Shown here piece by piece: positions 25,804 through 34,226 of a DNA stretch of 64,000 nucleotides. The notes below the pieces were generated by a model, which saw only the letters and a list, made by a program, of their open reading frames with translations, was not told where the DNA came from and ran no database searches. The position numbers were made by a program, and so were the translations under genes. This DNA is from an archaeon (GTDB lineage: Archaea; Nanobdellota; Nanobdellia; Pacearchaeales; JAPDKA01): positions 66,065-130,064 of the forward strand of contig JAPDKA010000003.1 of assembly GCA_029258825.1 (NCBI GenBank), written 5' to 3'. Each line of letters starts with the position of its first letter. Position 1 is the stretch's first letter.

Positions 25804-26151
25804 ATGCATAAGATGAAAATAGCTGTAAGTTCGATAGGAAAAAATCTTGAAAGCCAAATTAGTAATGTATTCGGGAGATGCCCGTATTTTATTATTGCTG
25901 AAATTGAAAACAAAAGAATTGTAAAAACTAAAACAATTAAAAACACAAGTGCTAATCAAATGGGCGGAGCAGGAATCTCTGCTGCTCAAATAATTGCAGA
26001 AGAAGGTGTAAAAGTTGTAATAACAGGAAATATTGGACCAAAGGCTTCTTCTGTTTTGAAACAATTTGATATTGAAGTTTATAGAGGAAGCGGGTTAGTA
26101 AAAGAGGTATTACAAAAATTTATTGAAGGAAAACTTGAAAGAATTCAATAA
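25804..26151 (+). CDS. NifX/NifB-like (dinitrogenase FeMo-cofactor biosynthesis domain, PF02579-like) protein
   Basis: MKIAVSS...FGRCPYFIIAEIEN...GAGISAAQIIAEEGVKVVITGNIGPKASSVL is the typical NifX_NifB fold pattern. The true start may be the third Met of the ORF (MKIAVSS), 9 nt into it at about 25813. Confidence 0.7.
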   Translation: MHKMKIAVSSIGKNLESQISNVFGRCPYFIIAEIENKRIVKTKTIKNTSANQMGGAGISAAQIIAEEGVKVVITGNIGPKASSVLKQFDIEVYRGSGLVKEVLQKFIEGKLERIQ

Positions 26152-26177
26152 AAGATAATAAAAATTTAAAATAAAAA

Positions 26178-26585
26178 ATGGAAGTAAAGATAGATAAAAA
26201 TAAGTGTATTGGTTGTGGAATCTGTGTTAACATATGTCCAGAAGGTATAGAAATAAGAAACGGAAAGGCTTCTATAAAAGATGAAAATGTGGATTGTTTA
26301 ATACAAGCTGCGAATTCATGCCCTAAACATGCTATTATTTTAGAAGCGAATAAACAACAATCAGAAAGTTTAGAAATCCCGCAGGGTTTTACAAGAATGG
26401 GAGTGGGCCGCAGAATTCATAGTAGAGGGCAAGGAAGGAGAAGAAGAATGGGTGGTTTTGCAGCTGGCCCTGAAGGTTATTGTGTATGCACAAAATGTGG
26501 ATATAAAATTTTACATCAGCGAGGAATTCCCTGCCACCAGCAGAAATGCCCTAAGTGCGGCTCTCCAATGATAAGAGCTAATTAA
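26178..26585 (+). CDS. 4Fe-4S ferredoxin domain fused to a DUF5320-like C-terminal domain
   Basis: N-terminal CIGCGICVNICP ... C..NSCP (a 2x[4Fe-4S] ferredoxin). C-terminal GRRIHSRGQGRRRRMGG ... CVCTKCGYKILHQRGIPCHQQKCPKCGSPM matches the Cys-rich DUF5320 variant. Confidence 0.65.
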   Translation: MEVKIDKNKCIGCGICVNICPEGIEIRNGKASIKDENVDCLIQAANSCPKHAIILEANKQQSESLEIPQGFTRMGVGRRIHSRGQGRRRRMGGFAAGPEGYCVCTKCGYKILHQRGIPCHQQKCPKCGSPMIRAN

Positions 26586-26589
26586 AATA

Positions 26590-26952
26590 TTGAAAATAAT
26601 AAAAGTGAAAATAGCAATTCCCACAGAAAATAAAAAAGGATTAAACGATAAAGTAACAGAACATTTTGGTAGATGCAATACTTTTACTTTTCTTAACGAG
26701 AAAGGAGAACTCATTGAAATAATTGATAATAAAAGTCAGCTAGGCTTATTGCCTCCACAACTTTTGAAAAAGCATGGAGCAAACGTTTTGTTATGCAAAG
26801 CTCTCGGTTTAAAAGCTTTTGATTTATGCAAACAACTTGGCATAGAGGTCTATATTTCAAAAGCAAAAACAGTTAAAGAAATTTTTGAAGAATGGAAAAA
26901 TAAAAAAATCAAAAAAGCTAATTTTGAAAATATTTGCAAACATGGAAAATGA
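26590..26952 (+). CDS. NifX/NifB-like (dinitrogenase FeMo-cofactor biosynthesis domain) protein, second copy
   Basis: KIAIPTENKKGLNDKVTEHFGRCNTFTF...LLKKHGANVLLCKALGLKAF. It overlaps the next gene by ATGA. Confidence 0.7.
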   Translation: MKIIKVKIAIPTENKKGLNDKVTEHFGRCNTFTFLNEKGELIEIIDNKSQLGLLPPQLLKKHGANVLLCKALGLKAFDLCKQLGIEVYISKAKTVKEIFEEWKNKKIKKANFENICKHGK

Positions 26953-27806
26953 AAATTACTTTTATGATTGTTTTTATCGTTATTTTTGTAATTATTTTAA
27001 TATTATTAGCATTAATTTATAAATTTATATTCAATATAAATACAATGAAGGAGAATAAAGAAAATATAACAAAAGATTTAGAAAAAAATTTTCTTTCTAA
27101 TATAACAATTTCTAACATAACAATTATTGATGTTTATGATAATGTTGAATTTAATCCAAAATTCAAAACAGGTTTCGGTTTTGCGTGTGTTGTAAAATTA
27201 AAGAATAATACAATTCTTTTTGATACCGGAAGCGATTCAAAAATACTATTAACAAATTTAGAAATAGCAGGAATCAAACCAGAGGAAATAGGGATTATTG
27301 TTTTATCACACATTCATGGAGACCATACTGGCGGTCTTTTAGGGTTTTTGAGGAGAAATTCCAATGTTAAGGTTTACGTTCCTGTTTCTTTTCCATCTTC
27401 ATTTAAAAAGGAAATAAAAGCAACAGGAGCAAAAGTAGTAAATGTTACTAATTTTATGAAAATAACAGAAGGAATTTATTCGACAGGAGAGCTTGGAACA
27501 TGGATTAAAGAACAATCTTTAGTAATTAATTCTGATAAAGGATTAATTATTATAACTGGTTGCGCCCATCCTGGTATTGTTAACATAGTAAAGAAAGTAA
27601 AGGAATTAACAAATAAAAATATTTATATTGTTATGGGAGGATTTCATCATCCTCCAATTGAAATAGTAAAAGAATTTAAAAAACTTGATGTGAAAAAAGT
27701 AGCACCGAGCCATTGCACAGGAGATGAAGCAATAAATGCTTTCAAAAAAGAATATCAAGAAGATTTTATAAAATCTGGGGTTGGAAAGATTATTGTAATA
27801 AAATAA
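26949..27806 (+). CDS. MBL-fold metallo-hydrolase (COG1237-like) with an N-terminal TM helix
   Basis: LSHIHGDHTGGL (HxHxDH) and a downstream GGFHH motif. The start is chosen at the ATG that overlaps the upstream TGA as ATGA. Confidence 0.7.
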   Translation: MKITFMIVFIVIFVIILILLALIYKFIFNINTMKENKENITKDLEKNFLSNITISNITIIDVYDNVEFNPKFKTGFGFACVVKLKNNTILFDTGSDSKILLTNLEIAGIKPEEIGIIVLSHIHGDHTGGLLGFLRRNSNVKVYVPVSFPSSFKKEIKATGAKVVNVTNFMKITEGIYSTGELGTWIKEQSLVINSDKGLIIITGCAHPGIVNIVKKVKELTNKNIYIVMGGFHHPPIEIVKEFKKLDVKKVAPSHCTGDEAINAFKKEYQEDFIKSGVGKIIVIK

Positions 27807-27835
27807 AACAAAAAATAAAAATCGACAGCAATTAA

Positions 27836-28672
27836 ATGCTAAAGGAAGTGCTTTTTAAAACACTTTTTGAAACACTGAAAATAGTAGGAATAGTAACAAT
27901 TTTAATGATCTTTATTGAGTATTTACAAATAAAGTTCAAGAAAAAAATTGAAAAGTACATCACAAAAAACAAGAAAAATCAAATAATAGGTTCTTCTTTG
28001 CTTGGCGCAATTCCTGGTTGCATAGATGCGTTTTTTATTGTTTCTTTATATTCTCACGGCTTGGTAGGCTTTGGTGCTTTAACAGCAGTTATGCTCTCAA
28101 CAGCAGGTGATGAAGCTTTCGTCATGCTTGCCATGGTTCCAAAGACCGCTTTTTTAATTTTTGCATCATGTGTCATTCTAGGAATTCTTGGTGGTTTTCT
28201 TGCTGATGCTATAGTAAAGAAAACAAAATTAAAAAGGTCGAAACCTTGTATCATAAAAATTCATAAAAAAGAAAAACTTGGACATTTTTTTAAAGAACAT
28301 GTATACAACCATATTATCAAAAAGCATGCATTAAAACTTTTCTTATGGATTTTTTTTACTTTGTTAATAGTTGAATTGTTAATGGAGAAGTTTGATCTCG
28401 CTAGTTTTCTGCCAAAAAATGTTTTGTTAATGATTTTAATTGCTGCATTGGTTGGGATAATTCCTGAATCAGGACCTCATCTGATATTTCTTACTTTGTT
28501 TGCTAAAGGCCTAATTCCTTTTTCAGTTTTGTTGACTTCTTCATTGGTGCAAGACGGTCATGGCCTACTTCCTTTACTTTCCTATTCTGTTAAGGATGCA
28601 ATTAAAGTTAAAATTTTTAATGTTGTTTTTGGACTCATTGTTGGAATAGCTTTATTTTTAGTTGGAATTTAA
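27836..28672 (+). CDS. putative permease (two-repeat polytopic membrane protein), function unknown
   Basis: About 8 TM segments with GAIPGC and IPESGPH motifs in the two halves. It co-operonic with the ATPases. The family assignment is uncertain. Confidence 0.45.
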   Translation: MLKEVLFKTLFETLKIVGIVTILMIFIEYLQIKFKKKIEKYITKNKKNQIIGSSLLGAIPGCIDAFFIVSLYSHGLVGFGALTAVMLSTAGDEAFVMLAMVPKTAFLIFASCVILGILGGFLADAIVKKTKLKRSKPCIIKIHKKEKLGHFFKEHVYNHIIKKHALKLFLWIFFTLLIVELLMEKFDLASFLPKNVLLMILIAALVGIIPESGPHLIFLTLFAKGLIPFSVLLTSSLVQDGHGLLPLLSYSVKDAIKVKIFNVVFGLIVGIALFLVGI

Positions 28673-28673
28673 A

Positions 28674-29504
28674 ATGAGAATAGCAATTACTGGCGGAAAA
28701 GGAGGAACAGGAAAATCAACAATAGCAACAGCTTTGGCTTACAAATTAGCAAAAACAAAAAAAGTCTTACTTCTTGATTTAGATGTTGATTGCCCAAACG
28801 ATGATTTGATTCTTGGAATTAAAACAAAAAAAGTAAAAGATGTTGAAAGCATGATTCCAAAATTTGATTATAAAAAATGTAAAAAATGTGGTTTGTGTTC
28901 TAAAATCTGTAAAGAACATGCAATCGTTTTTGTTAAAGGAAATTTTCCCTTTGTAATTCCTGAGCAATGCATTGGTTGCAAAGCTTGTAAGATTGTATGC
29001 CCTTTCCATGCTATAACAGAAGAAAAACAAAAAATAGGTGAAATTTTTATCGGCAAAAAAGGAAACCTCACTTTAATAGGCGGAAAAATGAAACCTGTGA
29101 TTGAAGAATCAAGTTTGGTTGTAAATGCGGTAAAAAAATTTTCACAGGAATATGAGAAAAAGTATGATTATGTAATTGTTGATACTGCGGCAGGAACACA
29201 TTGTCCTGTTATTTCTGCCTTACTTAATTGTGATATCGCTTTTGCTGTAACAGAGCCAACACCTCTTGGCCAGCATGATTTAGAATTAATTTTAAAATTA
29301 ACAAAAAAATTGAAAATTAAATCTTATGTTATTTTAAACAGATCTGACATTGCTAATAAAAAAATGATTGAGAACATTGCAAGAAAATACAAAACAAAAA
29401 TTATTGCAGAAATCCCTTACAGTAAGGAAATTGAAAAAAATTATTCAGTTGGAAAACCAATTGAGCATGAAGCTATAGATCAGATTATAAACATGGTAAA
29501 ATGA
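28674..29504 (+). CDS. MinD/ParA-superfamily P-loop ATPase with an inserted 4Fe-4S ferredoxin domain (COG1149-like)
   Basis: Walker A ITGGKGGTGKST, two CxxCxxCxxxCP ferredoxin motifs (CKKCGLCSKICKEHA; CIGCKACKIVCP), then the ParA core (VIVDTAAGTHCP). Confidence 0.8.
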   Translation: MRIAITGGKGGTGKSTIATALAYKLAKTKKVLLLDLDVDCPNDDLILGIKTKKVKDVESMIPKFDYKKCKKCGLCSKICKEHAIVFVKGNFPFVIPEQCIGCKACKIVCPFHAITEEKQKIGEIFIGKKGNLTLIGGKMKPVIEESSLVVNAVKKFSQEYEKKYDYVIVDTAAGTHCPVISALLNCDIAFAVTEPTPLGQHDLELILKLTKKLKIKSYVILNRSDIANKKMIENIARKYKTKIIAEIPYSKEIEKNYSVGKPIEHEAIDQIINMVK

Positions 29505-30412
29505 AAACAATAACAATTTTATCTGGTAAAGGAGGTGTTGGAAAAAGTTCCATTACTGCTTCTTTAGCTGTGTTGTTAGCAAGAAAATATAAAATTGTTA
29601 CAGCCGATTGTGATGTTGATACACCAAATCTTGGTTTGTTGTTTGGCATTAAAAATTTTAAAAATTTGAAGAAAGTATCAACAAACTATAAAGCATTTGT
29701 AAATAAAAAGGTTAAAAAATGCCCTAATGTAAAAAAATTATCTGATGTATGCACTTTTTTTGCCATTTCTTGGAATGAAAAAATGAATATACCAATAATA
29801 AACAGATTTTTGTGCGAAGGTTGTGGTGCGTGTAAATTATTATGTCCGGAAGGAATAGAATTGAAGAGAGTGAAAAATGCTGTTATTGGCCAAACAAAAA
29901 CAAAATACGGTTTTTATATTGTTTTTGGCCAGCTAAAAGTTGGGGAATCAGGAAGTGGGAACATTGTTGAAATTATTAAAGAAAGAACAAGAAAAATCGC
30001 TGAAAATGTTAAAGCAGATTTCATCATTATTGATTCGTCTGCAGGAATTGGTTGTCCTGTTATTGCCTCAATCAGAGATTCTGATTTTGTTATCGCAGTT
30101 ACAGAACCAACTCCTTCTGCTTTACGTGACTTAAAGAGAGCACTAAAGGTTGTTGAACATTTCAAAATACCTTACGGGGTTATTATTAATAAATATGATC
30201 TTAACAAAAAATTCACAAAAAAAATAGAAAATTTTGCAAATAACCATGGAATTCCAATATTTGGAAAATTACCTTATGACAAATCATTTGTTGAATCAAT
30301 AGTGAATCTTATGCCAGTTGTTGTTTATGATAAAAGATTTGAAAGATTATTTTTAAGTATTTTAAATAATGTCAAAAATAATCTCGATAAAATTTACAAT
30401 AAAAATTTATGA
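29501..30412 (+). CDS. MinD/ParA-superfamily P-loop ATPase with an inserted 4Fe-4S ferredoxin domain (COG1149-like), paralog 2
   Basis: Walker A LSGKGGVGKSS, CEGCGACKLLCP, and IIIDSSAGIGCPV. The start overlaps the upstream stop as ATGA. Confidence 0.8.
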   Translation: MKTITILSGKGGVGKSSITASLAVLLARKYKIVTADCDVDTPNLGLLFGIKNFKNLKKVSTNYKAFVNKKVKKCPNVKKLSDVCTFFAISWNEKMNIPIINRFLCEGCGACKLLCPEGIELKRVKNAVIGQTKTKYGFYIVFGQLKVGESGSGNIVEIIKERTRKIAENVKADFIIIDSSAGIGCPVIASIRDSDFVIAVTEPTPSALRDLKRALKVVEHFKIPYGVIINKYDLNKKFTKKIENFANNHGIPIFGKLPYDKSFVESIVNLMPVVVYDKRFERLFLSILNNVKNNLDKIYNKNL

Positions 30413-30451
30413 AAATTTTTCTAATTTGAGTAGAAACAGCTATTTTAATAG

Positions 30452-32344
30452 CTACCTTAACCGCACTACTTCTAGGTTGCGCGGCACAGTAGTTTCTATC
30501 TTGAAAAATTTATGAAGTGTCGATGCTAAATCAAGACTTTTACTTTGTTCACCATGGTTAATAATTATTCGTCGTGGTGTAGGTTTGAGATTGTTAACAA
30601 AATTAATAAGCTGATTTCTATCGCTGTGTCCGCTTAAACCTTCAATGCTAACAACTTCTAACTTTATAGGAACTTTTTCTTCTTTACCTTCAACCACAAA
30701 CCTTGCTTCTTTCAAACCTTCTTGCACTTGTCGACCAAGACTATTTACACCCTGATAGCTAACAAATATGATCATGTTTTTCTTATTGTCGGCAAGTTCT
30801 CTAAAGTACTCTACACTTGCGCCTCCAACAAGCATACCGCTTGTCGCAAGAATAATGCATGGACCACTATTAATAACTTCCTCTCGCTCGGTTGGAGAAC
30901 CAACACGCTTAAACGTTTCACTTAAGAAAGGATTTTCACCAGCTATAATTTGCTTTCTCACATTAACACCAAGGAACTCTGGATAAGCTGTATGGATAGT
31001 TGTTACATCCCAGACCATACCATCTATGTACACCGGTACGTTCTGCAATAAGCCCTGCTTTATTGCATCATCAATGATAAGCATTACTTCTTGACTGCGG
31101 CCGACTCCTAAAACAGGAATAAGCACTTTACCTTTTCTTTTGATAGTCCTGGCTATATTTTCAATGAGTGCTTTCTCACTCTGTTTTCTTGGAGGCATAA
31201 CATCGTTTCTACCGCCATAAGTTGATTCCATGATTAATGTTTCTACTCTCGCATATTTTGTGCGAGGAGGATCAAACAATCTTGTTTTGCTGTATTTAAA
31301 ATCACCTGTATAAAGTACATTATGCAAGCCATTACCAATATTAAGGTGTACTAAACTGCTACCAAGCGCGTGACCTGCATTAAAAAAGGTTAATCTAACA
31401 TCTGGCGCTATATCAGTAACTTCACCATAGTTCAATGTTATAGTGTGCTTTACCATTTCCTTTATATCGCTAACAGAAAAAATTGGTTGTGCTGCTTGTT
31501 TGTAGCTAACACCAATATAATCTAATGCAAGTAATGCTGCTATATCTCTTGTTGGAGCCGTCATGTATACAGGCCCCCTATAACCAAGCTTAAACAAGTA
31601 TGGCACTAAACCGGAATGATCGAGATGTGCGTGACTAATTATTACAGCATCAATATCTTTTATGTCAAATTCAGGAACATTCAAATATGGAAACTTTTCA
31701 CTGTTAGTTGCAGCAACATCAATGCCACAATCAATAATAATTTTACTTTCTGGCGTTTGCAACAATAAGCAACTTCTGCCAACTTGTCTGGCACCGCCAA
31801 GAAAACTAACACGTATCCATTCTTGTTTTTTTTCAGCTGTCCAACCTTTATAAATTGCTTTTCCAACTTTATTAAGGAATTTTTTTCTGTATTCGCTGCT
31901 GGCGTATAAAACATGAATGATAGCTTCAGTAATGCGGCTCCTTACAGCAGGGCTTCGTTTGACTTGTGGCGTCCAGCATGTTTGTTTTTTTATTTCTTTA
32001 AGTATGCTCGCATTTTCACCAATAGCCATAGAAGGGTTTTTCACATTCAACACAACAATACTGCGTTGCTCATCAAATTCAATGTTATCAAGACCTGCTT
32101 CTTTAGGTAGTAACATTTTTATAATTTTTTCAGTTTCCTCTTTATTCACAAGAATTTCTGGCACAGCTCTAAGTTCTATCCGTTTTTTTATTTCATTAAC
32201 TATTTGCTTTATTATTGGCTCACCTTCAACAAGAAATTTCTTATCATGAGTATAAAGAATAATGTTTGCACCTTCAAAATATGCAGAATCGATTAGTTTT
32301 GCATCTGGCAATTTACTTAAGATTGTTTTTATGATGTCTGCCAT
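30452..32344 (-). CDS. aCPSF1/FttA (KH-domain beta-CASP metallo-beta-lactamase ribonuclease, archaeal transcription termination factor)
   Basis: N-terminal KH domains, an MBL motif (ISHAHLDHSG) and a beta-CASP region. About 630 aa. The start is taken at MADIIK. It lies downstream of psmB, as is commonly seen. Confidence 0.85.
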   Translation of the reverse strand: MADIIKTILSKLPDAKLIDSAYFEGANIILYTHDKKFLVEGEPIIKQIVNEIKKRIELRAVPEILVNKEETEKIIKMLLPKEAGLDNIEFDEQRSIVVLNVKNPSMAIGENASILKEIKKQTCWTPQVKRSPAVRSRITEAIIHVLYASSEYRKKFLNKVGKAIYKGWTAEKKQEWIRVSFLGGARQVGRSCLLLQTPESKIIIDCGIDVAATNSEKFPYLNVPEFDIKDIDAVIISHAHLDHSGLVPYLFKLGYRGPVYMTAPTRDIAALLALDYIGVSYKQAAQPIFSVSDIKEMVKHTITLNYGEVTDIAPDVRLTFFNAGHALGSSLVHLNIGNGLHNVLYTGDFKYSKTRLFDPPRTKYARVETLIMESTYGGRNDVMPPRKQSEKALIENIARTIKRKGKVLIPVLGVGRSQEVMLIIDDAIKQGLLQNVPVYIDGMVWDVTTIHTAYPEFLGVNVRKQIIAGENPFLSETFKRVGSPTEREEVINSGPCIILATSGMLVGGASVEYFRELADNKKNMIIFVSYQGVNSLGRQVQEGLKEARFVVEGKEEKVPIKLEVVSIEGLSGHSDRNQLINFVNNLKPTPRRIIINHGEQSKSLDLASTLHKFFKIETTVPRNLEVVRLR

Positions 32345-32482
32345 TTTAACAAAAACAAATTTCAAATTTAACTTCAAACTAAATTTAATTAAATTTCAAT
32401 TAAACCCATCCAAGCTATTCAATTAACATTACCAAATTTCAAATTTGCCCGGGTTTGCCAGGTAAAATAAAAGAGATATACT

Positions 32483-33202
32483 TTATTTTTTGATTTCCTT
32501 GAGCACGATTTCAGCTTTACCTTCAAGCACTTTTTTTGCACCATCTTTAGTAATAACCACAACATCGAAACCGCTTCCTGTAGGTGTATCTCTCTGCATT
32601 GCAGCATTTAAAGCATCAACAACAAGTTTTACGCCCTGCTCAACATTGATATCTTGCTTGTATTTGCTTTCAAGCACGCCGTAAGCCATAACCATACCAC
32701 TACCTACGGCAACATAATCATCGTGCAATGCTACAGATCCATCTGGAGATACTTCATAAAGCCAAAAACCTTTGCTGTCTTTACCGCCAACAAGAAATGC
32801 TGCGATACTCATTAAAGGTGAAAAATTTCTTATGCTTTGATAGGCTAATGATGCCAACAGATTAGCAGCTTGTTTTACTGTTGGTTCTATTTTCGAGCGC
32901 AATTGTTTTAACTTTAACTCAGCTTTTGTAATTTTCAAAAACAGTTGAATATCTGAAACATTGCCTGCTGTCGCAACAACAACATTCGGCATTAAAAAAA
33001 CTACCTTCTGCATCTTCTTGTGGGCAATAAACGTGCCCCCAAGAGTAGCACGCCTATCTGCTCCTATCACAATTCCATCTTTACAGACAACACCAACAAC
33101 AGTGGTTCCAGTTTTCATCACTTGATCTTTTAGCTCCATTTTAGAAACTAAAGCACTAAGCAATCTTGCATTTATAAAGGTTTCGATAGACAATAACAGC
33201 AT
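32483..33202 (-). CDS. psmB: proteasome subunit beta
   Basis: A propeptide is followed by the mature N-terminus TTVVGVVCKDGIVIGADRRAT... (Ntn-hydrolase Thr1). The start may be at the internal Met (MELKD, 33139). Confidence 0.9.
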   Translation of the reverse strand: MLLLSIETFINARLLSALVSKMELKDQVMKTGTTVVGVVCKDGIVIGADRRATLGGTFIAHKKMQKVVFLMPNVVVATAGNVSDIQLFLKITKAELKLKQLRSKIEPTVKQAANLLASLAYQSIRNFSPLMSIAAFLVGGKDSKGFWLYEVSPDGSVALHDDYVAVGSGMVMAYGVLESKYKQDINVEQGVKLVVDALNAAMQRDTPTGSGFDVVVITKDGAKKVLEGKAEIVLKEIKK

Positions 33203-33261
33203 AACAAAATAATAAACTGTGATACACTATAGACACAGTATATAATATGTAGGTTGGTAGC

Positions 33262-33834
33262 CTATTTTTTTCTCATTCCTAGCTTATTCAGTAAAGGTTC
33301 TGCTTTCTCGGATGAAAAATAATCATATACATACTCAAATGTCCAAATAGTTAAAACTGGATAAATGTTCCATGAATATAAAGAGTAACCTAAAGCAATT
33401 ATGTACCAATATAGTTTAAAATCAATAAAAAAGAATTTCATTATTCCTCTAATATTTTGATTTTTATACTGAAAATAATCGTGGATTAATCCAGTTATGG
33501 TAAATAATGAAGCAAAATATATAAAAGGAATCAAGTTATCCCATAAACTATAATTTATATAAAGCATAGCAATAAACCAAATTCCGGCGGCAATTCCATG
33601 GTTAAGATAATCCAACCTGTACCTAACTATAAAACAAAACAATACAGATATCCAAATAGTTGCAAGAATTTGGTTTATAGTAATCAAATATGCTCCTGAA
33701 ATTCCCCATAACAAACCAAACAATAAATCAGAATATTTGAACCACCTATAATTATGTTCGTCTAATAAATCTGCAATTTTCATGGTTGCTCCTAAGAAAG
33801 CAGATACCAAAACCACAATTATGTAATCAATCAT
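33262..33834 (-). CDS. hypothetical polytopic membrane protein (190 aa)
   Basis: ORF with about 6 TM helices. No family recognised. Confidence 0.45.
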   Translation of the reverse strand: MIDYIIVVLVSAFLGATMKIADLLDEHNYRWFKYSDLLFGLLWGISGAYLITINQILATIWISVLFCFIVRYRLDYLNHGIAAGIWFIAMLYINYSLWDNLIPFIYFASLFTITGLIHDYFQYKNQNIRGIMKFFFIDFKLYWYIIALGYSLYSWNIYPVLTIWTFEYVYDYFSSEKAEPLLNKLGMRKK

Positions 33835-34002
33835 AAAATGAATAGTTGGGAACAGTATATATATTAATTTTTCGGTTCCAATTGAGTAATGTCAATGATA
33901 AGAAATCTATTTGCTTTGAAGTTTTTTTACCAAAATATGTTAGCCATAACAAAATAATAAAAACTAAACATTTAAATAAATACAAACAACTTTCAAATAC
34001 AT

Positions 34003-34087
34003 AAACTGCAATGCCCGGGTGGCGGAATTTTGGTAGACGCGCACGCCTGGAGAGCGTGTGGGCTTTGCCCATGTGGGTTCGAGTCCC
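34003..34087 (+). tRNA. tRNA-Ser (anticodon GGA)
   Basis: Acceptor stem GCCCGGG/CCCGGGC; anticodon loop CTGGAGA; long variable arm; T-loop TTCGAGT. The CCA is not encoded. Confidence 0.85.
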
Positions 34088-34226
34088 ACCCCGGGCGTTT
34101 CGATTCGGCTTTTGATTGTTTGTGTTTGTTGTTTACGAGTTATTTAAGAATTAAATTGTAGCTATTGTATAAACAAAATAACACGCAAAGAAAAACAATT
34201 ACAAAGAATACGAAAAAACAAAACAA

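Noticed and set aside
33827-34072. 81-aa minus-strand ORF
   Set aside because: It overlaps the tRNA-Ser gene (34003-34087) and has no supporting features.
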